Positions 36,079-49,091 of a DNA stretch of 63,535 nucleotides are shown in pieces. How positions within the stretch are numbered: position 1 is the stretch's first letter; every line of letters starts with the position of its first letter. The notes below the pieces were generated by a model that was not told where the DNA came from, ran no database searches, and was given only the letters and a program-made list of their open reading frames with translations. Source of the stretch: Carcharhinus longimanus (Eukaryota); the NCBI GenBank assembly GCA_030264375.1, contig JASCQW010000105.1, positions 46,368,358 through 46,431,892 on the forward strand. The letters are read 5' to 3'. The position numbers and the translations under genes were made by a program.

Positions 36079-38929
36079 AACTTGAATACTTTGATGAGAC
36101 TGCAAGAAGACCGAAAAGAAAAAAGAAGAAAAAGAGCAAAGCTGCCCGTCCATGTTAGTCAGTCAGTCTAAATCAGGTCCACTTCTATTTACTTGTCATG
36201 GCTGTGCGATTTTTGCGGCAGAACTAGCAGCAATATATATATATAGCTGACATTTTTTCTCAACTCTAACTAAACTCAACAAATTCAATGTATTAGTTCC
36301 AGTTCATCATGCTTAATTAAAATCTCAATAGTTTAAAAGTAACTCAACTCAGAAGGGTGACATACAGAAGATACATCAACCCATGCAGCTCGTAATAACT
36401 AATAGTTCACAATTCCTTTAAATGCATGTAAATAATACAATGAGAACTGCAATATTCAAAATCTTGACTAGAATAATTAAGGCAAGAGAAAGCAGAACAC
36501 ATTTTTTTTGATGTTTCTCCTGAAACGACTGAAGAATTAGTGTTACTGGAAAGCTACTGGATAGATAACATACTGAATTTCAAAGCAAAAATAACAGTCA
36601 GTCATAAACCAAAGACTGGCAAATGTATTGTGTTTATAGCTGGAAGGTGCAATAAAAAAAACTATTCAACATTTAAAAAGTGTAAACGTTTTTCAATTCA
36701 GTAAAAATTGGGATAAATAAAAAATTGCAACCATATTGTGCATGTTTACAGCATTTTCCACACCCTCGAGCATGAATTCAAAAGTAGGCAATCTGGAACT
36801 GCCAAACCTATACAACGATGTAAGTTACCATAATGAAGGCAATGAATGCAAGAAACACACTCAATTTACTCTAATCAGTTTGTTGCAGATAATTTAACTC
36901 AGTCTCCAGATAACTGTAGCTTTGAAATGAGCCCAAGCAAAGTGTCTCATTAATTACCATCTCTGAAGTGACTGAAAAGCACTGCCAATAATTCTGCAGA
37001 ACTGGAGACAGTGGAGAGTACATCGTAAAATGTACAAGTAAAAGCAATTATAGGCTACTGAAAGCTTTAAAGAAGCAGTCTATTATGGCAAATGACTAGC
37101 CACTATATTAAGCAAAAGCTACATTTAAAAGTTAAAAGTTTACAGATGTTGAAAATCTAGCTTGAAAGTAGATACTTCCCTTTGCCGATATATTGAAGGT
37201 TGAGGGATGATCTCATCAAGGCTTTTAAATTCTTAAAGGGATTCCATAGGACAGATATGGGGAAACTATTTTGGCGAGGAATCCAGAACAAGGAGGAACA
37301 ACCTTAAAATCAAAGCAGCAAAATCAGGAAGGCCTTTTTACCCCAGGGATAATTTGCAACTCTCCCCCAAAAAGGCTGNNNNNNNNNNNNNNNNNNNNNN
37401 NNNNNNNNNNNNNNNNNNNNNNNNNNNNNNNNNNNNNNNNNNNNNNNNNNNNNNNNNNNNNNNNNNNNNNNNNNNNNNAAAATCAGGAAGGCCTTTTTAC
37501 CCCAGGTATAATTTGCAACTCTCCCCCAAAAAGGCTGTGGACGCATCCATTAAAATTTCAAGGTGGCAACTGAAAATTTCGACCTGATTGGGTAGTGGAT
37601 TCTGATATAGAAGCAATGGTTGTTTTGAAAATTTAATAAACTATAGATGTGAACAGGCAACTTTTAAGAGAAAAATTTAAAAAATAACCAATATTTGCAA
37701 TTCTTATTGTGATTCCTGAAGCAATATCCAAGAAAGATTCTTTCTGGTAGCCTCAAAATAAAGCCGAGAGAATTAGCAATGGCATCTCCTCTGCCACAAA
37801 CTCTAAACTCCCACTTTAATATTGCACCACAACTCCCTTTGAGTAATATAAATGATTCATTTGTGATCAACAAATCACAGATTGCAATCTCATTTAGATA
37901 TCAAGTTGTATTTATTTATTTTTCCAAAGTTGCGTATCAAAACAGGTTACATTTTTAAACCTAAATGAGTGATTGGGCCTTTCATGAGTGGTACTTTCAA
38001 GCCCTGAATACATATCAGAGCTGGTGAGTTTTCCAAGGCAATAAATGCCTCCCACGCATGCCAGAAGTGACAAAACCCACAAACTAAGCCATTTATGAGC
38101 ATATGGGAATCATTTTTCTGAATAATTTTGACAGTTATTTTACAACATTAAGTTAGTGTGTTTTTCTTGTACTTTCTATGATACCTACTATAAAAATCAG
38201 AAGGGGGGGGGGGTAATATTTATTTTACTGGTTTGAACTTGTTTTTATTATGTAGTTGTATGCGTTCAGGATAGCGATTTGAAATTTGTGATAAAAGAAA
38301 CATATTTATATATAAAATAAGGTTACTTATTAACTTAGATGGTTATATTTTATTTAAAAAGGTAGGTTTATTTTCCTTTCAGAAGGCACATGGATTTGCA
38401 AATGCTTCCAAATTAATACCAGTAATGCACAGATACAGATTTCTCATGCTTTCATAATAGAACTTCAACATTTGGAACCTACTTCCACCCTGACCACAAG
38501 ACTCTGGTTCATCTCAATTCTTATGGTTCGGTTGCATAATGGTATTGAACCATCAGGTAGAACGTTTATTGTAGGTGCTCAGTTGAATCTCATCTGATTT
38601 GATGAGCTGGGTCAGGAAAAGAACATGGCAGTTGAGCACAGCTCAGGAATAGTGGCTATAGCATTGCAAGAATTAGATGAGTTATGGAAAAGGACAAGGA
38701 GAAATGTAGAATAAAGTACTTAACAGGAGGCGAGCTAATTTCAGCGAACTGAGGAGGAATCTGGCCATGGTAAATTGGAATCAAAGACTCAGAAGCAAAA
38801 ATGTAACAAAGCAATAGGCAGCCTTTACAGAGATGGTATTGGTACAGATGAGGTATATTGCTACATTGGGAGGAGTGAAGACAACCAAACCCAGAGCTCC
38901 CTGGATGATATAGATTTGCAACAATCTTC

Positions 38930-40595
38930 AGCCATAAGTGCCACATGGATGATGCTTCTTGGGCTCCTCCAGAGTTCCCGAGCATCACAGATGCTAGTCT
39001 TCAACCAATCTGCTTCAGGCCACTCGATGTCAAGAAATGACTGAAGGCACTGGATACTACAAAGGCTAAGCGTCCTGACAATATTTCAGCAATAGTACAG
39101 AAGACTTGTTTTCCAAAACTTGCCTCACTCCAAGCCAAGATGCTCTAATACACCAACAACACTGCCATCTATCCCAAAATGTGGAAAATTGCTCAGCTAT
39201 GTCCTGGGCAAATCCAACCTGGCCAACAACTGCCCCATCAGTCTGTTCTCAATCATCAGTAAAGTAATTGAAGGGGCATCAACAATGCTATCAAGCAGCA
39301 CTTAGCAATAACTGGCCCACAGACGTTCAGTTTGGGTTCCTGTCGGGTCACTCAGCTCCTGACCTTATTACAGCTTTGAATCAAACATGGACAAAAAAGC
39401 TGAATGCCAAAAGGTGAGGTGAGAGTGACTGTTCTTGACGTCAAAGCAGCATTTGACTGAATATGGCATCAAGAAGACCTAGCAAAACTGGAGTCAATGG
39501 GTATTGGAGGGAAATCCCTCTGCTACTTGGAGTCATACCTGGCACCAAGGAAAATGGCTATGGTGACTGAAGATCAATCATCTCAGCTCCAGAGCATCAC
39601 TGCAAGTATTCCTTAGAGTAGTGCCCTAGTGCTAAAGAAGCAACTATCTTCAGTTCCTTCAATGATTTTACTTCCATCATAAGGTCTGAAGTGGTGATGT
39701 TCACTAACGACTGCACAATATTGAGTATTGTTCACAATTTCTCAGTTGCAACAACAATCCATGTCAAAATATAGCAAGACTTGGACAATATTCAGGCTTG
39801 GGCTGACAAATGGCAAGAAACATTTGTGCCATATAAGTGGGAGGCAATGATCACCTCCAGCTAAATAGAATCTAACCATTGCCCTCATTCCTTGACATTC
39901 AATGGCATTACCATTAATGACTCCCCCACTATCAACATCCTGGGGGTTACCATTGACCAGAACCTGAACTGGTTAATCTATTTAAATGTAGTGGCTACCA
40001 AAGCAAGTCAAAGGCTAGAAATTCTGTGGTGATTAACTNNNNNNNNNNNNNNNNNNNNNNNNNNNNNNNNNNNNNNNNNNNNNNNNNNNNNNNNNNNNNN
40101 NNNNNNNNNNNNNNNNNNNNNNNNNNNNNNNNNNNNNNNNNNNNNNNNNNNNNNNNNNNNNNNNNNNNNNNNNNNNNNNNNNNNNNNNNNNNNNNNNNNN
40201 NNNNNNNNNNNNNNNNNNNNNNNNNNNNNNNNNNNNNNNNNNNNNNNNNNNNNNNNNNNNNNNNNNNNNNNNNNNNNNNNNNNNNNNNNNNNNNNNNNNN
40301 NNNNNNNNNNNCTACTATCTAGAAGGACAAGAGCAGCTAATACCTGGGAACACCACTACGTGGTGGTTTTCCTCCGAGCCACTTACCATCGTGAGTTGGA
40401 AATACATTGCCGTGCCTTCACTGTTGCTGGTCAAAATCCAAGAACTCCCTAATAGAAATGTCACTGTGCCTACACTTCAGGGACTGCAGCAGTTAAAACA
40501 GGGAGTTCACCACTACCTTCTGAAGGGCAACTAAAGATGGGTAGTAAATGCTGGTCTTACCAGAAAAGCCCACATCCCATAAATGAATTTAAAAA
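38930..40595 (+). mobile_element. CR1/L2-group LINE, RT plus 3' end, degenerate
   Basis: PISLFSIISKVIEG; QFGF; LDVKAAFD; MFTND; ILGVTID. 3' tail GGGCAAC..GATGGG..AAATGCTGG..CCCACATCCCATAAATGAAT. Confidence 0.85.
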
Positions 40596-43009
40596 AGGAG
40601 TCAGAAAAAGCTGAAGTAGAAAAGGGAAGAAAAAAAAGCAGATGTCAGTTTGATAACAAAAGGAAGAACTGTAAAAGTACTGAGAAATGTGAAGAAGGAA
40701 ATAGGTAAGTCGAAGAGTATGAGAACATACCAAGAACATATGTGAATCCAAAAACTGTATCATATTACTAATGAAACCATTGTCACAAGTGATGAGGTTG
40801 ATCAAAACCAAAATATATATCTATTGGCAAAGGCACGGCTTAGATGCTAAATGAACACTTTGAATCAATGTCTAAAAAAGAAGAATTTGCAAAAAAACAT
40901 AGATAAAGAGGTTGCTGAGATTCTATATGCAACAAAATAGGTAAGAGGAGGCACCAAAAAGGGCTAATAGTGGAATTGAATAGTTGAATAACTCACTCGA
41001 TCCAGATAGGATGCATCCTAAGTCTCTGAGGCAAGTGCAGAAATTGCAGAGGTGGTGGCCTCCATTTTCTAATCCTCCTTAAATGCTATTAAGTTGCAAA
41101 AGGACTAGAGGATTACGAATGTTATACCCTCGTTCAAAAGATGGGAGAAAGATAAACCTGGCAATGAGGTCAGCCAGTTTAATATGGATGATGGAGAAGT
41201 TTGTAAGAACAAAATCATGAACAGATGAAGTAAATACAGATAAATTGTTTTCACTGGCTAAGGGGTTGATAATGAAAGGGAAGAGACTGAAGATGGCTGC
41301 CAAATAACCAGGGGGGACATGAGAAATAACTTGTACGCATTGAGTGGTTAAAATTTGGTATGCACCACCTGATAGGGTGGTGATGGAAAGTGATTTTAAC
41401 TGATCAAAAGTGAACTGACAAATATTTGGTCAGCATTTACAATTGTTCACATTCATTACAACAGTACTTTTCTAATAACAAAAATAGCATAATGTCTTTA
41501 AAGAAGTTTGTAAAAAATGCCCTCTGCTGTCCCTTTTATATTTGTTCTTATTTTATTGAGCTGGCAGCTATGTTGAAAAAAAACTGCTTCTGAAGATAGA
41601 AATATAATCTCCACCCTTCCCCTGCCATTGATTGATAGACATTTCTTCCTTGAAATGGAACAGATATCTGCCGTGTCAGAGGTGCTGGAAGCTTGTGTTT
41701 TGACAGCTATTCCAATATGAATGCTTGGCTGGATTTCTAAAAGGTTTAGTTCAGGTGATCTTTTTGATCCAAGAATTACAGAACCTTTAATGGTATTATA
41801 ATAATGGAAAATGCCTTTGATGTGTTTACATGTTTGTTTACAAATCTAACGGGCGTTTATAGGATTACATGTTTTGTTTGGGTTTTGTCCAGTATCAATG
41901 ATAGAGCGTTTGAATTCGTGATTTGCTTAGATTGCTGGAGGTTTAATGTTTCTTCAATGATTTAAAAATTATTCCTATTGCTATTGTATTGTTCCTGAGA
42001 AATCTATGCAGCGCTTAGCAGGTTAGAGCCAATGGAGGATACATGGGCATAAAAGTGTTATAGGAATATGTGGTGGAATGCAGGCATAGAGGTGGCTCAG
42101 ATTGTGAGATTACAAGGTGCATAATAGTTGGCATGGGCAACGTGAGATGGCAATGGAAGCAGAGAGGTGGCTTGCGGCAAATAATTGACTTGGGGCAAGT
42201 AAGTGGCATGGGCTGGATGGGGGCAAGAGGTAAGTTTTAAAGGGATTTTAATGATGCCACTTCATGCCCACTCACCCATCACCTTTTCCCCCTTCGACTC
42301 TCAGTATTAAATCTCCCAGCATCCACCATGGGCAAGTCTCAATATCTATTGCAGCTTCCACTATAATAAACAAACATCCCCATTCATCAAATCCCATTCA
42401 ACAAATTTAAATCCCCTCAAATGCTTAAGCCCATACAGTAACAATCATTTGCATTCATAATCCCCACATAAAAAGTATCTAATCACTTAATAACTTGAGC
42501 CACCAATGGGAAGTAAATTTAAATGTGATAATGATAGGCTGTGAAAATTAGCACTTTAGGTATGTCAACAGAAAGTGATCAAAAAAATTATTTTCTAGCA
42601 GTTTCATCTCGCATAGACACAGGCACCGAGCTTTTTCTTTTCAAATTTTAAAGGGCTGGCATTTAAATAATTTGGCAGCTGACAGTTCCACAGACCTTAT
42701 CATCCCCTCATAAGCATTTATGATCTCCCTAAACATTTGTAACTCCCACACTGCAGGAGAAAGCTCTTGCTTCAGCAAAAAAATGTGCCAGTTTAAACTT
42801 AACACCAAGTTCAAATAGCCCTCCTATGTTTGGCTTTTTGGGTGGGAGTCACAACCTGCCTCTGGGCAAAAATAGGATCAGTCTATAAGGGTCAGGACTT
42901 CTGGATCCTGGTCCAACACATCATTTTTATAAAAAATGCCCAAAATTTCCATGGCTCAGTGCAAATCTGGTCCATAAGCACTATGTTACCATTCCCACAA
43001 TGAATGAAT

Positions 43010-43525
43010 GACTGAAATTTGTGTTTTAACTCATTCACAGGATTTGAGCGTCAGTGACAAGGCCAGCATTTATTGTGTATTCCCAACTGGTCTTCGGAAG
43101 GTGTTGGTAAGCCATTTTCTTACTGAGTAGCTTGCTAGGTCATTTATTTCATTCATTTTGAGAGATCTGGGCACCGTTAGTTAGGCCAACATTTATTGTC
43201 CATCCCTGGTTGCCCTTCCCAGGTAACCTTCAGAAGGGATTAGCCACCTTCTCAAACTGCTGCTGCCCCCCTGAGAGGGTTTAGAGTTAATGATATTGCT
43301 GCGGGTCTGCAGTTGCATATCGCCCAGGCCAGATTATGAGGACAGATTTCCTTCATTAAAGGGAATTAGTAAAATTATTTTTTGTTTTAATGGCATTCCA
43401 ATGTTCACTTGGTCACTATCACTGATGATCAACTTTTTACTCCAGTTTTTTTTTAAACTGAATTCAATTTCCCCAGCTGTCATAACCAGGTGTGAATTTA
43501 TGTTTTGGATCATTTATCCAGGCTA
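43010..43525 (-). mobile_element. SINE(s) with LINE-derived tail, antisense, nested
   Basis: Two antisense tails (GGCCAGCATTTATTG and GGCCAACATTTATTG) and a core homologous to 58604-58960. Confidence 0.65.
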
Positions 43526-44739
43526 AATAGCCTGGGAAGCGATCACTAAATAAAATAATTTTGGATATGCCAAGCCAGCAGCAGAAGAGGGCACAAGTTC
43601 ATCATTTAGTACAGAGAGGTTAATGAATTTACCTGCCAGGAAAGATTCAGACCCCAAGGTCAAAGAATAATCAGTCAGACCTATCATAGAAAATGTAAGT
43701 GTTTTGTACTTTGGAAGGCTGAGTTCCAATTAGATAAAAGGCCCTTTTGTTGCTGGAATCTATTTTGTAGTCTTGCAGCGTAGAAGAGCAGGCAATTAGC
43801 ATCGGNNNNNNNNNNNNNNNNNNGTTGCAGTTCCTGTCTATCCTGTTTAACATAATATTTCAGGCAAACTAGGAAGTCACATAACTCCCATAGAGTGCTT
43901 ACTAATGTGAATGATGCAGCATACTTGAACATGAATTTCCTGTCAGGATCGAGTATAAATTGCTCTGTTTCCTCTCCATCTGATTCCCCTCAATGATGTA
44001 CTGTAACACCTCACCCAAATTTGAATTTGCATTCCTGAGAATTGCAAACAGGTTTGAAATTGAAACAAGTTTCAGTGAATCAATGTCCCCATTAAAACTA
44101 ACGTAAAAGCTGTTAGGTTCTGTAGGACATTCCTCATCAGATAAAAAGTAATTGGGTTGAATTTTACCATCCCCTGCTAGGAATGTTTTTAGCAGAGGAA
44201 TGGGGGGCAGGGGGAGGAAACATAGAATACCAGGATGGGCAAGCCCACTATCTTCCCCTCCAGCACCCAAACTCAAGCTGTCCCCATAACACATTAGGTG
44301 GGTGGATGAATGGGGTGCCAAAATCAGGAGCCAGCCTGCCATATTTAATTAAATGTTGAAGGTGCATTGAGCTTGTTAACATGTAACAATAAGGAAAGCA
44401 TTTTGAAAACATAGGGTTTTATTTGAATGTTATTTTAAAAAGAGCTTTAAATATCTCAGATTCTATCATATATTGTAAAGCGATTACTAGATTTTGTTAA
44501 TGATTGTGTTAACGTGCAAAAAGGTGAGGCAAATCACATTGTATTGACAGAAACTATTATTGCTCCTCCTTGCATTACATTTGATCCTTGTTGATGAGGT
44601 GCATTTCATGTTTTACCTTTATTTTATATATGTGTCTACTAGGTAACTTTAGATTATCCAGCCTTCTCAGACAGTATGTATTAAATGGGCTAACAGCTGG
44701 TAGCAAAAGGAAGATTTTTCTCTGGCTGACAATTATAGA

Positions 44740-44899
44740 CAGCAAGAAGTCTCACAACACCAGGTTAAAGTCCAACATCACCTGATGAAGGGGAAGTGCT
44801 CCAAAAGCTTGTGCCACCAAATAAACCTGTTGGACTTTAACCTGGTGTTGAGATTTCTTTCTGTGCTTACCCCAGTCCAACGCCAGCATCTCCATATCA
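44740..44899 (+). mobile_element. 160-bp Penelope mini-element: inverted pLTR end, hammerhead remnant and 13-bp TSD
   Basis: TSD TGACAATTATAGA at 44727-44739 and 44900-44912. 44743-44777 is the inverted repeat of 44828-44860. CTGATGA at 44782, with GAAA decayed to AAAA. Confidence 0.8.
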
Positions 44900-46432
44900 T
44901 GACAATTATAGATCCAGGATGATCATATTGTTTAGTTAGTTACCTTATGGGCATTTATTTAATAAATTATGTTCTCAGCTAGCATGATTCTGCAGTGGAA
45001 CGCTTAACATATTCACTTCTGCAAATCAATCACATCAATACGTCTAGAACATTGGCTGGCCTATGACAAGTTGCTCACATTGTGCCCTCTTACCATCACT
45101 GACAAGGCTAAAGCAACAAGTATACTAAAAATGCTTCCCAACATCTGGGTAGGTGTAGACATTGTGATACTTATGAAACTCACTACCTCAGAGAGCAACT
45201 CTTAATATCAATGTTTTCCTCAATTCAAGAGTTTAGTCCTCCCACTGCCACATACTATGTTTGTTCTATGTATGACCTACAGAATATGCTGGAGCAACTC
45301 ACCAATGTAACTTCAGCATTACGTCCAAGTTTCTGACTTCAATAAGAGAAGCAATATTATGGCATCTCCAAATCTCACACCCTTCCAACTGGATATAATT
45401 GTTCATTTTTCATTGTAGGGTCAAAATGTTACAATTTTCTACAGAATTTAATTGCACAAGCTTGAAAAACAAACAAACCAGTTAAATCTTAAGCAAAAAG
45501 AAACATCATTATCTGCAGTTCTGCAGAAGTTACAGAAATGAAAGCGAAGCTTTACTGGCATTCCTTATACAAAATAAAACTGATTAAAATTATAAACAGC
45601 ATCCCATAGGCTATATTAAATAATATTGCTTTTGTCTTTGAAATATGAAGATATTTGTGTATAAGCAAACTTGCTTCTTGAGGCAGTTTACATCATTAAC
45701 AAGTAGATATTCCAAACGGTGGATGGCCGAATATTTCCATAAAATGCTGTTCTCACTTTATGAGTTTGAAAATAACTTTGTCTTTATTAGACCACAATTT
45801 TATATTTAAAAGATAATATTTGAACAGGTAATAAAATTTAAATGACAGTTTCATAGTTTTTCTCAAATACTATGAGGTATTCATGAAACATTTCAAAATT
45901 GTTACCAATGAGGAAAACTATCACACAATATAGAACTGCACTAAAAAGCCATATATTCAGACAGACTAGAATAACATGAAGGCATATATTTGGCCAACTG
46001 TGATGATTTAATGAGTTCTTTACCTCCTGTCTTCTCTCTAATATGCACAACCTCCACCCATCTTAAGCTACAGTTAATTTAAAATTGAGAGAAATTTTCC
46101 CACCCTGCCCACCATTTGATCTGTGGCAGCCAGGATCCAGTAGCCGGCAACAAAACTGGAAACCCGCCAGCAAAAAAAGGTTTGTAATTCTGCTGACGGC
46201 AGGTCAGTCATCCCACTGCCTAATGATGCGAGTGTCATCATGACCTCATGAAGACTTATTAAAACAGTTGTCCACCAGAATGTCATGATGCCTTCCAATC
46301 TTGCAGCACACCAGGGGGAAATTACATTGACCTGAAACTGGTTTGATGAGGAATGGCATGCACATGTCAAGCCTGTCATTGGTGATTTTGAGGCTAGTGC
46401 AACATGCGTAACCTACCTGTCACAGCATTATA

Positions 46433-46500
46433 GCAATGAATGGCCACGCAGCCGCAACGAATGGCCACGCAGCCGCAACGAATGGCCACACAACTGCAGC
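46433..46500 (+). repeat. 21-bp minisatellite GCAACGAATGGCCACGCAGCC, 3 copies
   Basis: Directly visible. Confidence 0.9.
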
Positions 46501-46904
46501 TGTAGGGTTTCTTTGCTCCCACTCTTTTCCTATGTTTTCCTGAAGGACACCACTGTGCTGCCGTATTCATGCAACCCTCCACTTTCAGACACTGATCAGT
46601 ATCACACACAGGTTTGGAGAATGCAGTAATGTTCGGTTCTGAGCCTACTGATTGGCTGCCTAATCTCTGCCTGATGGACCACTTTCTGTTGTTATATCCA
46701 AGTATTAGATTGGTGGCCACTCACAGAGGATTATCATTTAACTCAGACTAAGTGGATGGCTGTTCTGTGAGACAATAAGTGGTGATACATGTCCCCCACC
46801 AATCATTGTGTCAGATTTCTGAAGGGAGTATCCACTTAAGTACATGACGCCATGATGAGAATTTAACATTGGAAGGAGTTAAAAGATGACTTAAACTGAC
46901 ATAG

Positions 46905-47130
46905 CAGATGACATAATCATCCACTTCCTGCACTGAATAACATTTCAGGCTTGGTTGCCAGCCGCACTGACCTCCTGTGTGACAGACTGCCAGGCTGGAG
47001 AGATGAAGCTGGTGTGTTTCCTGCACCCACCCCTGAGATACAAGAAATGTCTATGGACTTGTAATCCCTTGATTAAGGCCCTGAGGGCTTGGTGTGTGAA
47101 ACAGGATGCTGCCTTCTCAAATCTTGCAGT
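46905..47130 (-). pseudogene. Myb/SANT-like (trihelix) DNA-binding ORF remnant of a Harbinger transposon
   Basis: AASCFTHQALRALIKGLQVHRHFLY..PAWQSVTQEVSAAG..*NVIQCRKW matches the F...L....W..VA..V.....QC.K.W pattern, with an in-frame stop. A MITE-like end lies at ~46085. Confidence 0.6.
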
Positions 47131-48077
47131 GTTCACTAGTGGGTACAAGCCCTCTGTAATGGTCTCTTGAAGACAGGTGGGCTGAAGAGAATGAGGTGTA
47201 TGTATTTGACTGGCTTTTAGGTATGGTGTCTCGACCTTCAACTGATGGTAGGACAGATGATTCTGCTCCTAACTCGCCCAGTCATTCAGTCTGATAATTG
47301 CCTGTGCATAAAATGAGCTTCCAAACACTCTTTTGGACACGTGAATTACAATACATGTAGATCATATCCATAGTATACCATCACCAGACTCTCAACCATT
47401 TCAAAGTGCAACTAGATTAGTCAGATACGACTCAACACAAATCCAAGTTAACTGCCTTTAATCAGCTCATACTTGTCTAAGTGCTTAATCACACTGCCTC
47501 TGGTGATACATTGATGTTAAATTGATGGGTCTGTAGTTACCTTGTTTCTCACTTCCTGTTTAAATACCAAAGTTTATAAATTTTAAACATAGATAAAATT
47601 ATCAGATCCTAGAGATTTATCTGAATTTCCAGTATTTCTTCCAAATTATTATTTTTAACATATTTGTTCTGTGGTATACCAAATACTTCCTTTGGTTATC
47701 TGCAGGTTTACCCATTAACAGTTCAGCCAGTTCACTGATCAATTTATTTTTCTTTCCTTTGCAGTTTGTCTTAAATTTAAAACCTTGGTTGTCATTTTCT
47801 CTTCTCCCAAATCTAATTCACTCACATAGTCATCACTATTTGCAGGATGGTCCCTTAACACATTGTTAACTCAATCTGGTTAATTAAATCATTAAATCCT
47901 GACTTTAACATTTATTCCAGAAAACTAGCCCAAATGTATTCTAGGATTTGTTTGCCAAATTACTTGCATTCTTCCCTTTCTCCAAAGATTAGGAGAAAAT
48001 AAGTATCTCCTAGTAATAGCACATGGACCAGAATTTTGCAGACATTCGTGAAATGACAGATCTCACTGAGATAAAAA

Positions 48078-48310
48078 TTACTGCAGATACCGGAATCTGA
48101 AACAAAAACATGAAATGCTGGAAAGTCTCAACAGGTCTGAAAGCATCTATTGTGATGAAGTGTCATCCAGGCTCAAACGATTAACTTCGTTCCCTCTCCA
48201 CAGATTCTGTCGGACAGGCTGAGAGTCATCCTGACTTGAAACGTTAGTTCTGTTCTCTCTCCACGAATGCTGCCAGGCCTGCTGAGATTTTCCAGCATTT
48301 TTTGTTTTCA
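48078..48310. mobile_element. Rearranged Penelope pLTR pieces (one inverted, two tandem) with hammerhead remnants
   Basis: AAATGCTGGAAA..CAGGTCTG..AGCATCT is inverted relative to GCTGCCAGGCCTGCTGAGATTTTCCAGCATTT. Remnant GAGTC-atcct-GACTT-GAAACGTTAG. Confidence 0.65.
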
Positions 48311-48979
48311 TGACAGCTCTTGCTACTGTCTTGAAGAAAGTTGCCCAAATCTATTGAGCTTTTTGGCAAGATTTTCACCTTTCCTGATGTCAACTTCATT
48401 CTGGTGTGAGTTACAGGGGATTTCAGGTGTCCACAACCGATAAAGTCATTTAGCAAATTCAGCAGCCAATATCACTAAATAATTCTCACTAACAACGAAG
48501 CAGGAAGCAACAAACAGGTTTTATCATTCACATTAGAATATTAAAGAAAAATAAATATTGGGACGAGGTTATGGTTTATGATGAAATTTCAAACTTTGAA
48601 TTTTTTTAAAGTATCTACAAAATTACCTTTGAATGGAGAAATGTGGAAGTCTACAAATACAAGTTTTTCAAAGTCAGAGAAATTGATCAACAGGGATTAC
48701 GACTTAAGTATGCCATTAAAGACTCAGTTAAACATTATTCAACAATTCAATGTTTAAAGTATTTTTACAGTGATAAAAGTAGTGTAAAAAGTGGAAGTAT
48801 ATTTCAAAGCAATGGCCTCTAATTGATTTCCTTCTGCTAGGACATCTAGATTTCCAAGTTTAGCTGCACGTGTGGATGCCAGAATTTGCTGTCTGTTTCA
48901 CAGAGTGTTAATGGTGAACAATGATAATTTCACTATTATTACTACAAAATCAAGACTGTTTTTTCTGCTATGCGCTTAC

Positions 48980-49091
48980 CTAGTCACCACTCCTCCCAAT
49001 GAGTCAAGTGTGCTTTGCATAGAATGAAAGGACAGCATTGAGCTTCAACAGTTTGATCAGCCCTACTGAAATTGCTTTTACTGCTTTAGTT
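48980..49091 (-). other. Candidate spliced exon of an unidentified transcript
   Basis: Acceptor ttaattgtttcttccaacgtttcag and donor TAG|gtaagc, in non-repeat DNA. No recognisable protein. Confidence 0.3.

Noticed and set aside
36060-36158. Plus-strand peptide EYFDETARRPKRKKKKKSKAARPC*, resembling a polybasic small-GTPase tail
   Set aside because: It starts inside a SINE tail, lacks a CaaX box and an acceptor, and is explained by a purine-rich tract.
37320-37537. Direct ~58-bp repeat either side of a 100-N gap
   Set aside because: Typical contig-overlap or haplotype artefact within a CR1 tail.
46433-46500. Short direct repeats considered as a CRISPR-like array
   Set aside because: Head-to-tail minisatellite without spacers, in vertebrate DNA.
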